From positions 1 through 45,781 of the forward strand of contig JAEOUE010000102.1 in the NCBI GenBank assembly GCA_016839515.1: a DNA stretch of 45,781 nucleotides, written 5' to 3'. The translations under genes and the position numbers were made by a program. Origin of the DNA: Candidatus Hodarchaeum mangrovi. Lineage in GTDB: Archaea > Asgardarchaeota > Heimdallarchaeia > Hodarchaeales > Hodarchaeaceae. The notes under the pieces are model-generated. The model was not told the DNA's origin. It made no database searches and saw only the letters and a list, made by a program, of their open reading frames with translations. Positions 28,718 through 38,469 of the stretch are shown in pieces. Positions within the stretch are counted from its first letter, which is position 1. Every line of letters starts with the position of its first letter.

Positions 28718-28957
28718 ATGAGTAGACCTTTAGATGTGTTGACATCAGCCCTGAATAAAAAAGTTATTCTTAAAGTTCGTGGTCGACGTGAGGTCCGTGG
28801 AATCCTGCGGAGTTATGATCCTCACTTAAATCTCTATTTAGAAGAGGCTGAATTAATCCACCCTGCTGATGAGGAAGAAGGAACCGAATCAGTCACAGAA
28901 CAACTAGGAAGCATTATTCTTCGTGGTGATAATGTAATCCTTATTTCGCCCCCATAA
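28718..28957 (+). CDS. Sm-like (Lsm/SmAP) protein
   Basis: Sm1 GILRSYDPHLNLYL and Sm2 ILRGDNV motifs; upstream of rpl37e, a conserved order. Confidence 0.95.
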   Translation: MSRPLDVLTSALNKKVILKVRGRREVRGILRSYDPHLNLYLEEAELIHPADEEEGTESVTEQLGSIILRGDNVILISPP

Positions 28958-29004
28958 AGCGAGATCCTCTTTCACTAAAACATAAATAAAGTTGGTTGAT
29001 AAAA

Positions 29005-29193
29005 ATGGTTAAAGGAACTGCTTCACGAGGTAAACATACCTCCCAACGAACTCATATGCCATGTAGACGGTGTGGTAATAGATCATATCATAAGAGGAAG
29101 CGAAAGTGTTCATATTGTGGATTTCCTAGTCCAAAAATACGCCGATTTGCCTGGCAACAGAAAACATTCAATAATCGACGTCGTAATAATTAA
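29005..29193 (+). CDS. rpl37e: 50S ribosomal protein L37e
   Basis: KGTAS...THMPCRRCG...CSYCGFP. Confidence 0.97.
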   Translation: MVKGTASRGKHTSQRTHMPCRRCGNRSYHKRKRKCSYCGFPSPKIRRFAWQQKTFNNRRRNN

Positions 29194-29279
29194 TTGGATA
29201 TATTACTCAAAAGTGAATTCTTGGGTAAAAATATTTAACCCTTTGATTGGGATTCTCGTAATGTTCATTATATATTGAA

Positions 29280-29403
29280 GCCGCGGTAGCTTAGCCCGGG
29301 AGAGCCCTTTTGGTACCCGTAAGCGCTGGACTGAAGATCCAGTTGCCGTGCGTTCAAATAACATAATCAAAATAGTTTATGTTTGAAAGTCGCACCCGCG
29401 GCA
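29280..29403 (+). tRNA. tRNA-Phe(GAA) with two introns: D-arm 22/23 (29303-29321, 19 nt) and T-loop 59/60 (29359-29389, 31 nt)
   Basis: CTGGA-CTGAAGA-TCCAG; BHB-like CGGG/CCCG and TTCA/TGAA; intron stem AACATAA/TTATGTT. Confidence 0.92.
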
Positions 29404-29561
29404 CTATCTTTATTTGCTTTTTGGATTACTTTCCGTGATTTTTTTGCTATTTATCAGTTGTCAAAATATAAAATTTTAGATTTCCATGAAAATCTTTAAA
29501 TCTTAACTAGATAAGAAATTAATAATTTCTTACAAAAATTAATGGAGATAGTGAGAAGAAT

Positions 29562-30248
29562 ATGAAACCAGTTATTACAATCTCCTTGGGCGGATCTATT
29601 ATTAATCCTGGCGAAATTGATACTGAATTTTTGAATAACTTTTCTGTAATGCTCAAGAAATTTATTCCTAGATTTAAATTTATGATTGTATGTGGTGGCG
29701 GAAAGATTGCTCGTCAATATATTCAAGGGTTACCTGCTGGATTAACAGAGGGAGAGAAAGATTATATGGGCATTGCAGCAACTTGGTTAAATGCCCAGCT
29801 TCTTACATATTATTTTAAAGGTCTTTGCTCACCTATTTTACCTACTACAGTTAAAGAAATGAGTAAACTCTTGCAACAATATGATATAGGAATATCTGGA
29901 GGTTTTTTACCAGCTATCAAGACAGATGAAGATGCTGCAATATTAGCTGACCTCTATGGATCCCCGATTTTAATTAATGTCACAAACGTAGAGGGAATTT
30001 ATGATAAAGATCCATACAAACATTCTGATGCAAAAAAGTATGATCATTTAACCTATCAAGAGTTTTATAAAGTCATATCTCCCCTTTCATTAGAAGCAGG
30101 TTCCAATGCTCCATTTACACTCATCGCTGCCAAAATTTGTGAAAGAACCAACATTAGAATCGTTATTTGCTCTAAAAAAGTTTTTAAAATCGAGCAAGCG
30201 ATTGATGGAAAGAATATAGGAACTATAATTCAGAATCCATTGTTCTGA
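29562..30248 (+). CDS. pyrH: Uridylate kinase
   Basis: SLGGS, GGGKIARQY, TNVEGIYDKDP. Confidence 0.93.
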   Translation: MKPVITISLGGSIINPGEIDTEFLNNFSVMLKKFIPRFKFMIVCGGGKIARQYIQGLPAGLTEGEKDYMGIAATWLNAQLLTYYFKGLCSPILPTTVKEMSKLLQQYDIGISGGFLPAIKTDEDAAILADLYGSPILINVTNVEGIYDKDPYKHSDAKKYDHLTYQEFYKVISPLSLEAGSNAPFTLIAAKICERTNIRIVICSKKVFKIEQAIDGKNIGTIIQNPLF

Positions 30249-30269
30249 AAAATAAGATCAAGAGAAAAG

Positions 30270-31271
30270 ATGCCTTCACAGAATTATTACCCTACATGTA
30301 TTCCCCCTCATACTTATGGATATAGTCGCTTTTGGATAGAAGAATTTTGGGCTTTTACAAAGTTTCTGCAATTAAAACACAATTTTCCAAAATTTTCGTT
30401 TGATGGATTAATTGATGAATCATTTATCTCTGAAATGAGATCTCATTTTTTAGGCTATCCATACAATCAATTACAAGGAATAAATACCTTTTTAGGTTTA
30501 AATGACAGCTTCTATATATATAACAGGAAATTCATAAACCTTGCTACTTCACATGCTCCTTCTCGTTACATTGCAGAATCAAATTTGATTAAATATAAGA
30601 AAAATTTTGCTGTCATCTCATTTGATGCTCACTTTGATTTTGAGAATCGTACTATAATCAATAATGTGTGGATCACAGAGAAACTAGCATCTAGTGTTAT
30701 ATTGATAGGTGGTTGGGCCGAAACAAACTCTGATCTTATCCATGTTTCTAATATATTTCCATTTATTTTTCAAAATCCTGATGAACTGTTAACAACTCCA
30801 AAATTTATATCATGGATCCGAGGTAAACAAATATATGTAACTATTGATTTAGATTTCTTTCCACTCTCACAGCATGATTATTTAGGATATTCCAATTATT
30901 GGCATCGAGAATATCTAATTGGTCATGCAAATACTTTCGAACAGCGGTTATCGAAAGTCCTTATGGATGCAAGTAGACTTAATCAAAGTAAAGATAAGCC
31001 TAACCAATATTTAGTGGGTAAAATACTAAATTTTTTCCCTGATTTGAAAAAATTTCAAGAAAATAAATTAAGAAGTTTAGAAAAACAAAGTTTAGATTTG
31101 CTATATCTTTTCAAAACACTAAAAAGGATTATCAAAGAGAGTTCAGCTAATTTGATTTGTATTGATTTGGTTGAATATTGTCCAATATGTGATTGGAACC
31201 AATTGTCCCTTAAAGAACTGATAATGTTATATCCCCACTTAATTTCAATTTTTAAAGACAGAGGGAAATAA
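30270..31271 (+). CDS. Divergent arginase/ureohydrolase-superfamily protein
   Basis: FDAHFD, YVTIDLD and IDLVEYCP metal-binding motifs. Confidence 0.6.
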   Translation: MPSQNYYPTCIPPHTYGYSRFWIEEFWAFTKFLQLKHNFPKFSFDGLIDESFISEMRSHFLGYPYNQLQGINTFLGLNDSFYIYNRKFINLATSHAPSRYIAESNLIKYKKNFAVISFDAHFDFENRTIINNVWITEKLASSVILIGGWAETNSDLIHVSNIFPFIFQNPDELLTTPKFISWIRGKQIYVTIDLDFFPLSQHDYLGYSNYWHREYLIGHANTFEQRLSKVLMDASRLNQSKDKPNQYLVGKILNFFPDLKKFQENKLRSLEKQSLDLLYLFKTLKRIIKESSANLICIDLVEYCPICDWNQLSLKELIMLYPHLISIFKDRGK

Positions 31272-31412
31272 ATCAAAAAGATATAGAAAATTAGTTTATA
31301 ATATCTCCATTTGGAATATTCATCGAATTAGTGCATTAAGATTGAAAAATTCACCCATTCTTGATACAATGAAAAGAATTGAAAGTATAAATTTGAAAAT
31401 AGAGGAATCAAA

Positions 31413-32639
31413 ATGAGCTATAGACAGTATAAATTAGGCAAGGAATTAACTGAGTTACAGCAAAAACAATCACAAGATGGTAGTACCTGTTTAGTCTCAC
31501 TCTACATTCCCCCAAATCGTGCTGTTTCCGATTTTATTCAAGAATTAAGCGATGAAATGGGTACTGCAACCAATATTCGGAGTAAAACGACTCAAAAAAA
31601 TGTCATTTCAGCGTTAAAAAATGTAATTCAAACACTCAAAAATTACGGACAAAAATCTCCTGATTCTGGTATAGCTCTATTTTCAGGCGTTACTGAATCT
31701 GGAAAGCTTGAATCATTCGTTTTTGAACCTAAGGAACCAATATCTAGGAAGCTTTATGTCTGTGATAATCGTTTTCATGTTGAACATATTTTAGACAAGT
31801 ATATTGAGAAAGATGTTTATGCCTTATTAGCTATAGATTCAGCCAAAGCTACAATTGCAACTCTCAGAGGTGATCAAGTAAAGATCCTTAAAACTACTCG
31901 AAGTGGAGCAGCTAAAAAACATCGAAAAGGAGGTCAAAGTAGTGTTCGATTCTCACGATTACGTGAGGAGGCTGTAGCACGATTTTTAAAACGAGTTGCA
32001 GATGATATGAAGACATTTTTTATTGAGGATGCAGATATTATTTTAAAAGGAGTAATTATTGGAGGCCCTGGACAAATTAAAGACCAAATTATTGATCACT
32101 TTGACAATAGATTACGAGCAAAGATTGTTGGAATGAAAGATTTAGGTTATGGAGGAGATCAAAGCGGGATAAATGAATTAGTTGCGAGTTCTGCTGATGT
32201 ACTCGAGGGAGTAGCTATAATGGAGGAAAAACACCTTGTAAAAAAGTTTATGGATGCATTACTTGAAGGAAAAGCTAATTATGGTGAGAATGAAATTCGA
32301 AAAAACCTTGAAATGGGAGCAGTAGAGTTACTTTTAATTTCAGGTGGATTAGAAAAACTTCGAATGAAATCAAAGTGTAGAAACTGCGATTATGTTCAAG
32401 AAAAGACTATTAATCCTTCCGAATTTGATGAATATAAATTAAATGTTCAAAAAATACAATGTCCAGATTGTCGGGCATCAAATTGGGAAATCGAGGAAAA
32501 AGATTTAATAATGGACTTAGGAGAGCTTGCTGAACAGATTGGAGCTCGAGTAGAGATAATCAATCCACAAACTGAAGAAGGGCGTCAAATTCAAAGTTTT
32601 GGAGGGATATGTGCTGTATTACGTTACTCTCCAGTTTAG
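31413..32639 (+). CDS. prf1: Peptide chain release factor aRF1
   Basis: TATNIRS (NIKS-like), YVCDNRF, GGQS and C-terminal FGGICAVLRY. Confidence 0.96.
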   Translation: MSYRQYKLGKELTELQQKQSQDGSTCLVSLYIPPNRAVSDFIQELSDEMGTATNIRSKTTQKNVISALKNVIQTLKNYGQKSPDSGIALFSGVTESGKLESFVFEPKEPISRKLYVCDNRFHVEHILDKYIEKDVYALLAIDSAKATIATLRGDQVKILKTTRSGAAKKHRKGGQSSVRFSRLREEAVARFLKRVADDMKTFFIEDADIILKGVIIGGPGQIKDQIIDHFDNRLRAKIVGMKDLGYGGDQSGINELVASSADVLEGVAIMEEKHLVKKFMDALLEGKANYGENEIRKNLEMGAVELLLISGGLEKLRMKSKCRNCDYVQEKTINPSEFDEYKLNVQKIQCPDCRASNWEIEEKDLIMDLGELAEQIGARVEIINPQTEEGRQIQSFGGICAVLRYSPV

Positions 32640-32681
32640 AAATTATAATGGATTAATTCAAATATACTAAATAAAATAGAA

Positions 32682-32755
32682 TGCGCCGATCGGGATTTGA
32701 ACCCGAATAGCCAGCTTGGAAGGCTGGAGTCCTAGCCAGATTAGACTATCGGCGC
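32682..32755 (-). tRNA. tRNA-Gly(TCC), no intron
   Basis: CCAGC-CTTCCAA-GCTGG; GTTCAAATC T-loop. Confidence 0.95.
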
Positions 32756-33006
32756 TTTTCAATTGTTTCAAAGAATCCAATTATGATATGATATTATTTG
32801 TAACTTAATTGAATCCATTTCACTGATTCAAGGTGCTTACCTTTCATTTCTTAAGCCTTATCAGAAATATATACTATTAAATTTCTTTAAAGAGAAATTT
32901 CTAGTATTGGATCACTTAAAGGAACTTTTATTAAACTCCCTTTTTCAAGCAAGAATTGATAAAATACCCTAATTTCACAGTCCATTTCTTGGAGTAACGA
33001 TGAAAC

Positions 33007-33510
33007 ATGATCTCTAAGATTTTTAAACGCCATTTAATTACATTAATTGCTCTGAGTGCATTTTTGAGCTTCTTAGTTACCCCTCTTTCTCAATGTCTTT
33101 TCATTTCTATCAATGAAAGCATAGAATACAATAATTCATCTTCCTTAGAGGATTCCCAATTAGCTTCATTAGAAATAAACATTCCCTTAGCAGTTAATCA
33201 AAACGAAACCACAACTACAGAAAATACTACTACTACTCAAACTCCAACAACAACCGAGGATACTAATACCACAACCACTCCTGGATTCAAATCATGGAAC
33301 AGTTTGATAGATGAGGGGTTATATTATCCATTTGCTCTTCTCTTCTCTCTTTTAGGGATTTCTTCAACTATCTGGTTAATTTTCTTTGTGGAGACAAGTA
33401 AAGATCGTACTATAAGAGAACGTCTCATTGGAACATCTATTCGTTTAGTTATTATGGCAATTTGTATAGGTCTTGGAATTCACTTTTGGTTATTATTTGA
33501 ACCAATATAA
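33007..33510 (+). CDS. Membrane protein with a signal peptide, Thr-rich linker and two C-terminal TM segments
   Basis: Hydrophobic N-terminus, ETTTTENTTTTQTPTTTEDTNTTTT, several N-x-S/T sequons. Confidence 0.6.
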   Translation: MISKIFKRHLITLIALSAFLSFLVTPLSQCLFISINESIEYNNSSSLEDSQLASLEINIPLAVNQNETTTTENTTTTQTPTTTEDTNTTTTPGFKSWNSLIDEGLYYPFALLFSLLGISSTIWLIFFVETSKDRTIRERLIGTSIRLVIMAICIGLGIHFWLLFEPI

Positions 33511-33759
33511 ACTCTCAGTTTTCTCTCCTTTTACTGTTTCTTCTTCTCTCGATTTATATTCATATAATATCTTTGACTTTTTCGAATGTTTATTTCAGAG
33601 GAGTTATATTTAAAGTTATTTGTCTCTTCTAATCTCATTCTGGGCTTTTCAAATATTGAATATCCTACCAACAAAAAGCTTTTTTAACCCATTTGTGAAG
33701 TATAAACATGGTTCTTAAGTTTTAAATACATATTTTAAGAACAAAGTGGAAGTAGGTAG

Positions 33760-34077
33760 TTGACTCTCTTAGATCACTTTCTACGAGAAGAACAATCTTA
33801 TTGGAGCATTCAAGAACTTCTACGTAAGGCTATCTGCAAAGGAAAATGGGTATTACTTTATGGGAGTCAGGTGATAGCAGTTTCAGAAACACGAGATGAA
33901 ATCGTTAAACATTTCCATGATTTTTCTAAACATCTTGATCCGAGTCATCACTTACCTGGAGCTATTTGTGTACAGGTAGGAAATGAACATAAATTTTATA
34001 GGATACCTGTTCAGAATGAGTCTCATGTATCAAAGGAAACTCCAGTATTTACTAGTGTAATTAGTAATGAAAAATAA
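33760..34077 (+). CDS. Small DUF5678-like hypothetical protein
   Basis: KGKWVLLYGSQVIAVSETRDEI pattern. Confidence 0.5.
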   Translation: MTLLDHFLREEQSYWSIQELLRKAICKGKWVLLYGSQVIAVSETRDEIVKHFHDFSKHLDPSHHLPGAICVQVGNEHKFYRIPVQNESHVSKETPVFTSVISNEK

Positions 34078-34126
34078 TTAGCTTGGCTTTTTTGATTAAT
34101 TCCATAATATGAATTTTGAACCACTC

Positions 34127-35956
34127 TCATTCGACTGTTACGGTTTTTGCTAAATTTTTGGGTTTATCAGGATCATACCCTCGGCGAACAGCTGTGTAAT
34201 ATGCTAACATCTGTAAGGGAACGACATAGGAGATCGGATTAATAATAGGTGAAAAAGCCTTTGGTATAAAAAAAGAATAATCTGATCGTTCCGTTATTCT
34301 ATGATCTTTTTCCGTTACAGAAATTATGTATCCACCTCTAGCTTTCATTTCTTCAGCATTCCCTAGCATTTTCTTTGTGGTCCAATCATCGGGAGCTATC
34401 ATAACAATAGGAAAATTGGTTTCCACTATAGCTATTGGTCCATGTTTACTTTCACCTGCTGGAAAAGCTTCTGCATGAATATATGAGATTTCTTTTAGTT
34501 TTAAGGCCCCTTCTAAAGCAACAGGCATATTAAGACCACGTGCTAAGAAATAAGAATGGTTTTGGTTTTGAATTATTGAAGCCAATTTTTTAGCTTTGAG
34601 TTCATTTTGATTTATTACAGTCCTAACAATTTGAGGTGTTTGTTGTACTAAATTATCAACCTGAACTGAATAATCATCTTTTGATAATTCTCCAGCTTCA
34701 AATTCGAGTTGTATTGCTAGACGAGCGAGGAGTGCTACCTGTGCGGTATGAGTTTTGGTAGCAGCTACCCCAATTTCTGGGCCAGCTTTTGTATATAATG
34801 AAATATGACTTAATCTGGGAATAGATGAGTCTGTTACGTTTGCTAAAGATATAACCTGTGCTTTATTCTTTCTTGCAGCGCTTAACGCTTTCATTACATC
34901 TAGTGTTTCTCCTGACTGACTAATAGCTATGATCAATGTTTCTTCATCAATTAGATGGGAGTAAGTTTCATACTCTGAAGCTATAATGGGATAAATCGGT
35001 TTTTTTGGAAGTATCCTTTGAATTTGATGGAATCCCGAAAGCCCTGCATGATAGCTAGTACCACATGCTAAGAATACTATCCGTGTAGACTCAAGTATTT
35101 TTTTCGAAGCTTTGGATAATTCCTCACTATCAATATTTATGGTATTTTTCAAGGCTATTGGTTGTTCATGAATTTCTTTAAGCATGAAATGAGGGTAACC
35201 ACTCTTTTGTGCACTTTCTGCAGTCCAAGAAACAATGAACGGTTTAGGTTGAACCCGAAAACCGTTTTTCTCAATATAAACAGTTTTTGGGGTAATTACT
35301 CCTATTTCACCATTCTTTAATATTATAACTTTCTTAGTATGCTCAAGAAATGCAGGTATATCGCTAGCTGCAAATTTAGTATCCTCCTGTACACCTATTA
35401 CAAGCGGACTATCTTTTCGTGCTAGAAATATTGTTTCAGGTTCATCAGTATGGATTAAGGTTATTGCATATGCTCCTTCTAATTTTGTTATCGTATTTTT
35501 AAAAGCCTGAATAACTGACTTAGGAGGATTTGCTAATTTCAATTCTTCTTCTACTAAATGAACAATTACCTCCGAATCCGTTTGAGAAGTAAAAATATGC
35601 CCTTTTCTCTCCAAATCTGATTTTATTTCTAAATAATTTTCAATGATACCATTATGGACTACCATAATTTTTTTTGTGCAATCAGCATGTGGATGAGCAT
35701 TAATTTGATTTGGAGGACCATGTGTTGCCCATCTGGTATGTCCAATACCAATTGATCCTTCTAAATTTTCAAAATTTAGTTTTTGGTTTACTCTATCAAT
35801 CGTTCCTGCATCTTTAAGGGTTTCAATTTTTCCTTGGTTTATCGTAGCAATTCCTACACTATCATAACCTCGGTATTCTAGTCGCTTGAGCCCTGTTGTT
35901 ATCAATTTTGAAACTTTAGTGTTTGAACTTGTTGTGATTGCGATGATTCCGCACAT
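34127..35956 (-). CDS. glmS: Glutamine--fructose-6-phosphate aminotransferase (isomerizing)
   Basis: MCGI N-terminal nucleophile (start 35956), LEYRGYDS, GHTRWATHG, SQSGET, KNLAKTVTVE. Confidence 0.97.
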   Translation of the reverse strand: MCGIIAITTSSNTKVSKLITTGLKRLEYRGYDSVGIATINQGKIETLKDAGTIDRVNQKLNFENLEGSIGIGHTRWATHGPPNQINAHPHADCTKKIMVVHNGIIENYLEIKSDLERKGHIFTSQTDSEVIVHLVEEELKLANPPKSVIQAFKNTITKLEGAYAITLIHTDEPETIFLARKDSPLVIGVQEDTKFAASDIPAFLEHTKKVIILKNGEIGVITPKTVYIEKNGFRVQPKPFIVSWTAESAQKSGYPHFMLKEIHEQPIALKNTINIDSEELSKASKKILESTRIVFLACGTSYHAGLSGFHQIQRILPKKPIYPIIASEYETYSHLIDEETLIIAISQSGETLDVMKALSAARKNKAQVISLANVTDSSIPRLSHISLYTKAGPEIGVAATKTHTAQVALLARLAIQLEFEAGELSKDDYSVQVDNLVQQTPQIVRTVINQNELKAKKLASIIQNQNHSYFLARGLNMPVALEGALKLKEISYIHAEAFPAGESKHGPIAIVETNFPIVMIAPDDWTTKKMLGNAEEMKARGGYIISVTEKDHRITERSDYSFFIPKAFSPIINPISYVVPLQMLAYYTAVRRGYDPDKPKNLAKTVTVE

Positions 35957-36269
35957 AAGATTAATTTCCACCTAGCAGGTTATCAAACTGAATTGAAAAT
36001 AATTACTTCTCCCAAGTTATCCAGATAAAATCAATCTTTTGTGGTTTAAATGTATTGCCTTTAGATTTAGTTGAAATAATAAATCATAAAATCCGATTAA
36101 TGTAGATTTCCATTAAATTGAAGGAAGAAGGAAACATGAGAAATCTAGAATATACACAGAATATGAAGTAACCTTGAGGAGAGGTCAGTAGGAGGGAAAA
36201 AAGTTATAACCACTCTAGAATAATTTGAAGTAGTCAAAAAGATTGATCACTTAAATTGATTTTAATAAG

Positions 36270-37190
36270 TTGGTTTTGCTATTGACACGTGAATATTCCC
36301 TTATTCCTGCAGAAAATTTTATTGTTCTTGCCCATAAAACTCGTTGGCAAATACTACAACTGATTGCTCAAGAAGGTCAGATGTATGCAAAACAAATTGC
36401 TTTGGAATTGAATCTTTCCGAATCCAAAGTTCATTATCATCTAAATTTATTACGTAATGCTGGTTTAATAATCTCACAAGGTGAGAAAAAGGTCAATCGT
36501 GGGAAAGTAAAATTATTTGGTTTATTAGCTCAAAACTTCACCTTTTCAATAAAACAAAATGCACTTCTCCAGAAAACAAGTGTCTTTAATGAGATTATGC
36601 GAGACAAATATTGCCTCAATGAGATTTTTATTGGAAAAATCATAGTAGGAGCAGCTGAACCTCATGGTAAATTTGATGCGTTATCTCGTGATGGGTATTT
36701 AGCAGGAGATATCTGTTGGTATTTAGGAAGCCATCTTCCAATTCAACAAATCCCCTATTCCCCATTTTTTGTTATGACTGATAGTAATTATAGGATGAAA
36801 TCACCTCAAATTACTGATAACCTTATCCTTATAGGTGGTCCTATAACAAATATCCTAACAGAATATTTGAATTCCCATCTAAAGCAAAAATTTGGAGTAT
36901 ATTTTTTAGAAAATCGAATTATAGCCCAAAATAAAGAGTTTGCAGAACCTTCTCACGGAATTATATCAATAATTCGTGAAAACGAAAAATGGGTACTTAT
37001 TCTCGCAGGTGTGAGAAGTTTAGGAACACAAGCAGCTGTTCATGCCATAATTACTGATTCCTATCATCTGTTAGTTAAGGATGCTGAATTCATTACTGTT
37101 ATAAAGGGAAAAAGCTCAAATGGAAAAGAAATTAGTGAGGTAGAAAAGATCATGATACAAAGAGCAGAAACTAATATTAAAGGTAACTAG
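36270..37190 (+). CDS. ArsR-type HTH protein with a C-terminal alpha/beta domain resembling the S-layer C-terminal domain
   Basis: TRWQILQLI...KQIALELNLSESKVHYHLNLL HTH; NLILIGGPITN...LILAGVRSLGTQAA. Confidence 0.7.
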   Translation: MVLLLTREYSLIPAENFIVLAHKTRWQILQLIAQEGQMYAKQIALELNLSESKVHYHLNLLRNAGLIISQGEKKVNRGKVKLFGLLAQNFTFSIKQNALLQKTSVFNEIMRDKYCLNEIFIGKIIVGAAEPHGKFDALSRDGYLAGDICWYLGSHLPIQQIPYSPFFVMTDSNYRMKSPQITDNLILIGGPITNILTEYLNSHLKQKFGVYFLENRIIAQNKEFAEPSHGIISIIRENEKWVLILAGVRSLGTQAAVHAIITDSYHLLVKDAEFITVIKGKSSNGKEISEVEKIMIQRAETNIKGN

Positions 37191-37266
37191 TCATGGAATC
37201 CTTAGATTTCAATTGACTTCAGACTTTAACAATATCCATTAAAAATGGAAAAGAGATGTGAAGAAT

Positions 37267-37968
37267 ATGTCAAAAACCGAACAGGTTATAAAAAAGGCCA
37301 TGCAACAAAAACGAAATGTTCTTACTGTTCAAGAATCGAAGTCATTATTATTTAATGAAGGATTTCCTGTAAATCCAACAGGTTTTGGTACAAATCTAGA
37401 AGAACTACTTTCAGAAGCTGATAGAATAGGATATCCAGTAGTAATAAAGGTTAGCTCTGAAGAGATCGTTCATAAATCTGATGTTGGAGGAGTAATTACT
37501 GGAATTCGGAATAAGACGGATTTAAAAGAACAATTTAAAGTTATGCAAGAAAAGATTAAAGAAAAGCATCCAAAAGTGAAGATAGACGGATATATTGTGG
37601 AAAAAATGGAGTCAGGAGTCGAGCTTCTTATTGGATCAACACAAGATCCAATGTTTGGTCCAATCTTGGCTTTTGGATTAGGAGGGATATACGTTGAGGT
37701 GTTAAAAGACGTTGTTTTTCGGTTGATTCCAATTGAACGGGAGGATGCAACAGAAATGATATCTGAAATAAAGGCAGCTAAAATTTTAGATGGTATTCGT
37801 GGTCAACCTCCTGTTGACAAAAAGGCATTAATTGATCTTTTGATTAAAACTTCCCAATTTATTGACCAAAATCCCGAAATAGAGGAATTAGATTTAAATC
37901 CTGTTTTTGCTAGCGATAAAGGTGTATCTGTAGTCGATGCTCGGATTATTCTGAAAAGTTTTGCATGA
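37267..37968 (+). CDS. acdB: Acyl-CoA synthetase (ADP-forming) beta subunit, ATP-grasp
   Basis: GYPVVIK, HKSDVGGV, DPMFGP, GLGGIYVE, ELDLNP. Confidence 0.9.
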   Translation: MSKTEQVIKKAMQQKRNVLTVQESKSLLFNEGFPVNPTGFGTNLEELLSEADRIGYPVVIKVSSEEIVHKSDVGGVITGIRNKTDLKEQFKVMQEKIKEKHPKVKIDGYIVEKMESGVELLIGSTQDPMFGPILAFGLGGIYVEVLKDVVFRLIPIEREDATEMISEIKAAKILDGIRGQPPVDKKALIDLLIKTSQFIDQNPEIEELDLNPVFASDKGVSVVDARIILKSFA

Positions 37969-38359
37969 CTGAAAAGCGCCAAAGAAGTAAAATACAAAGG
38001 AAACTAAGAATTCCCCCAAGTAAAGCAAAAATTAATGCTAACACCGAAAATATCGAAAATATTGGAATTATCTTAAAATTCTGACTTAAAATAATTGGAA
38101 TAAGTATAAAACCTCCCAATAAAACTAATGATCTAACGATTCGTTCAACTTGAAGAAAATTTCGAATCTGCTGTTTTCTGTCCAAAATATATACAACGAT
38201 GACTCCCAATAAATAACCAAAAATGCTTGGGAGTCCTATAATATTTATAATATTCTCCCCTATTATACTTAGTCCGAATAAAACAATGAAAACTTGGCTT
38301 ATAAGAACTGTAATTGGAATGATTATCAATTCAAACCGTTGAAAGGGAGTCAAATTCAT
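37946..38359 (-). CDS. Small 4-TM hypothetical membrane protein
   Basis: Four hydrophobic segments. Confidence 0.55.
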   Translation of the reverse strand: MNLTPFQRFELIIIPITVLISQVFIVLFGLSIIGENIINIIGLPSIFGYLLGVIVVYILDRKQQIRNFLQVERIVRSLVLLGGFILIPIILSQNFKIIPIFSIFSVLALIFALLGGILSFLCILLLWRFSVMQNFSE

Positions 38360-38469
38360 TATTCGTTTCGTTCCTCTGATAATCTAGCTGTTTCTAGAGA
38401 TATTAGTTTATATCTCAGACTAACACAAAATTACTTATTTTATTTGTGTATCAAATAGAATTGATAATA

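Noticed and set aside
37267-37968. Lone ACD beta subunit as a novel system
   Set aside because: Separately encoded alpha and beta subunits are common in archaea
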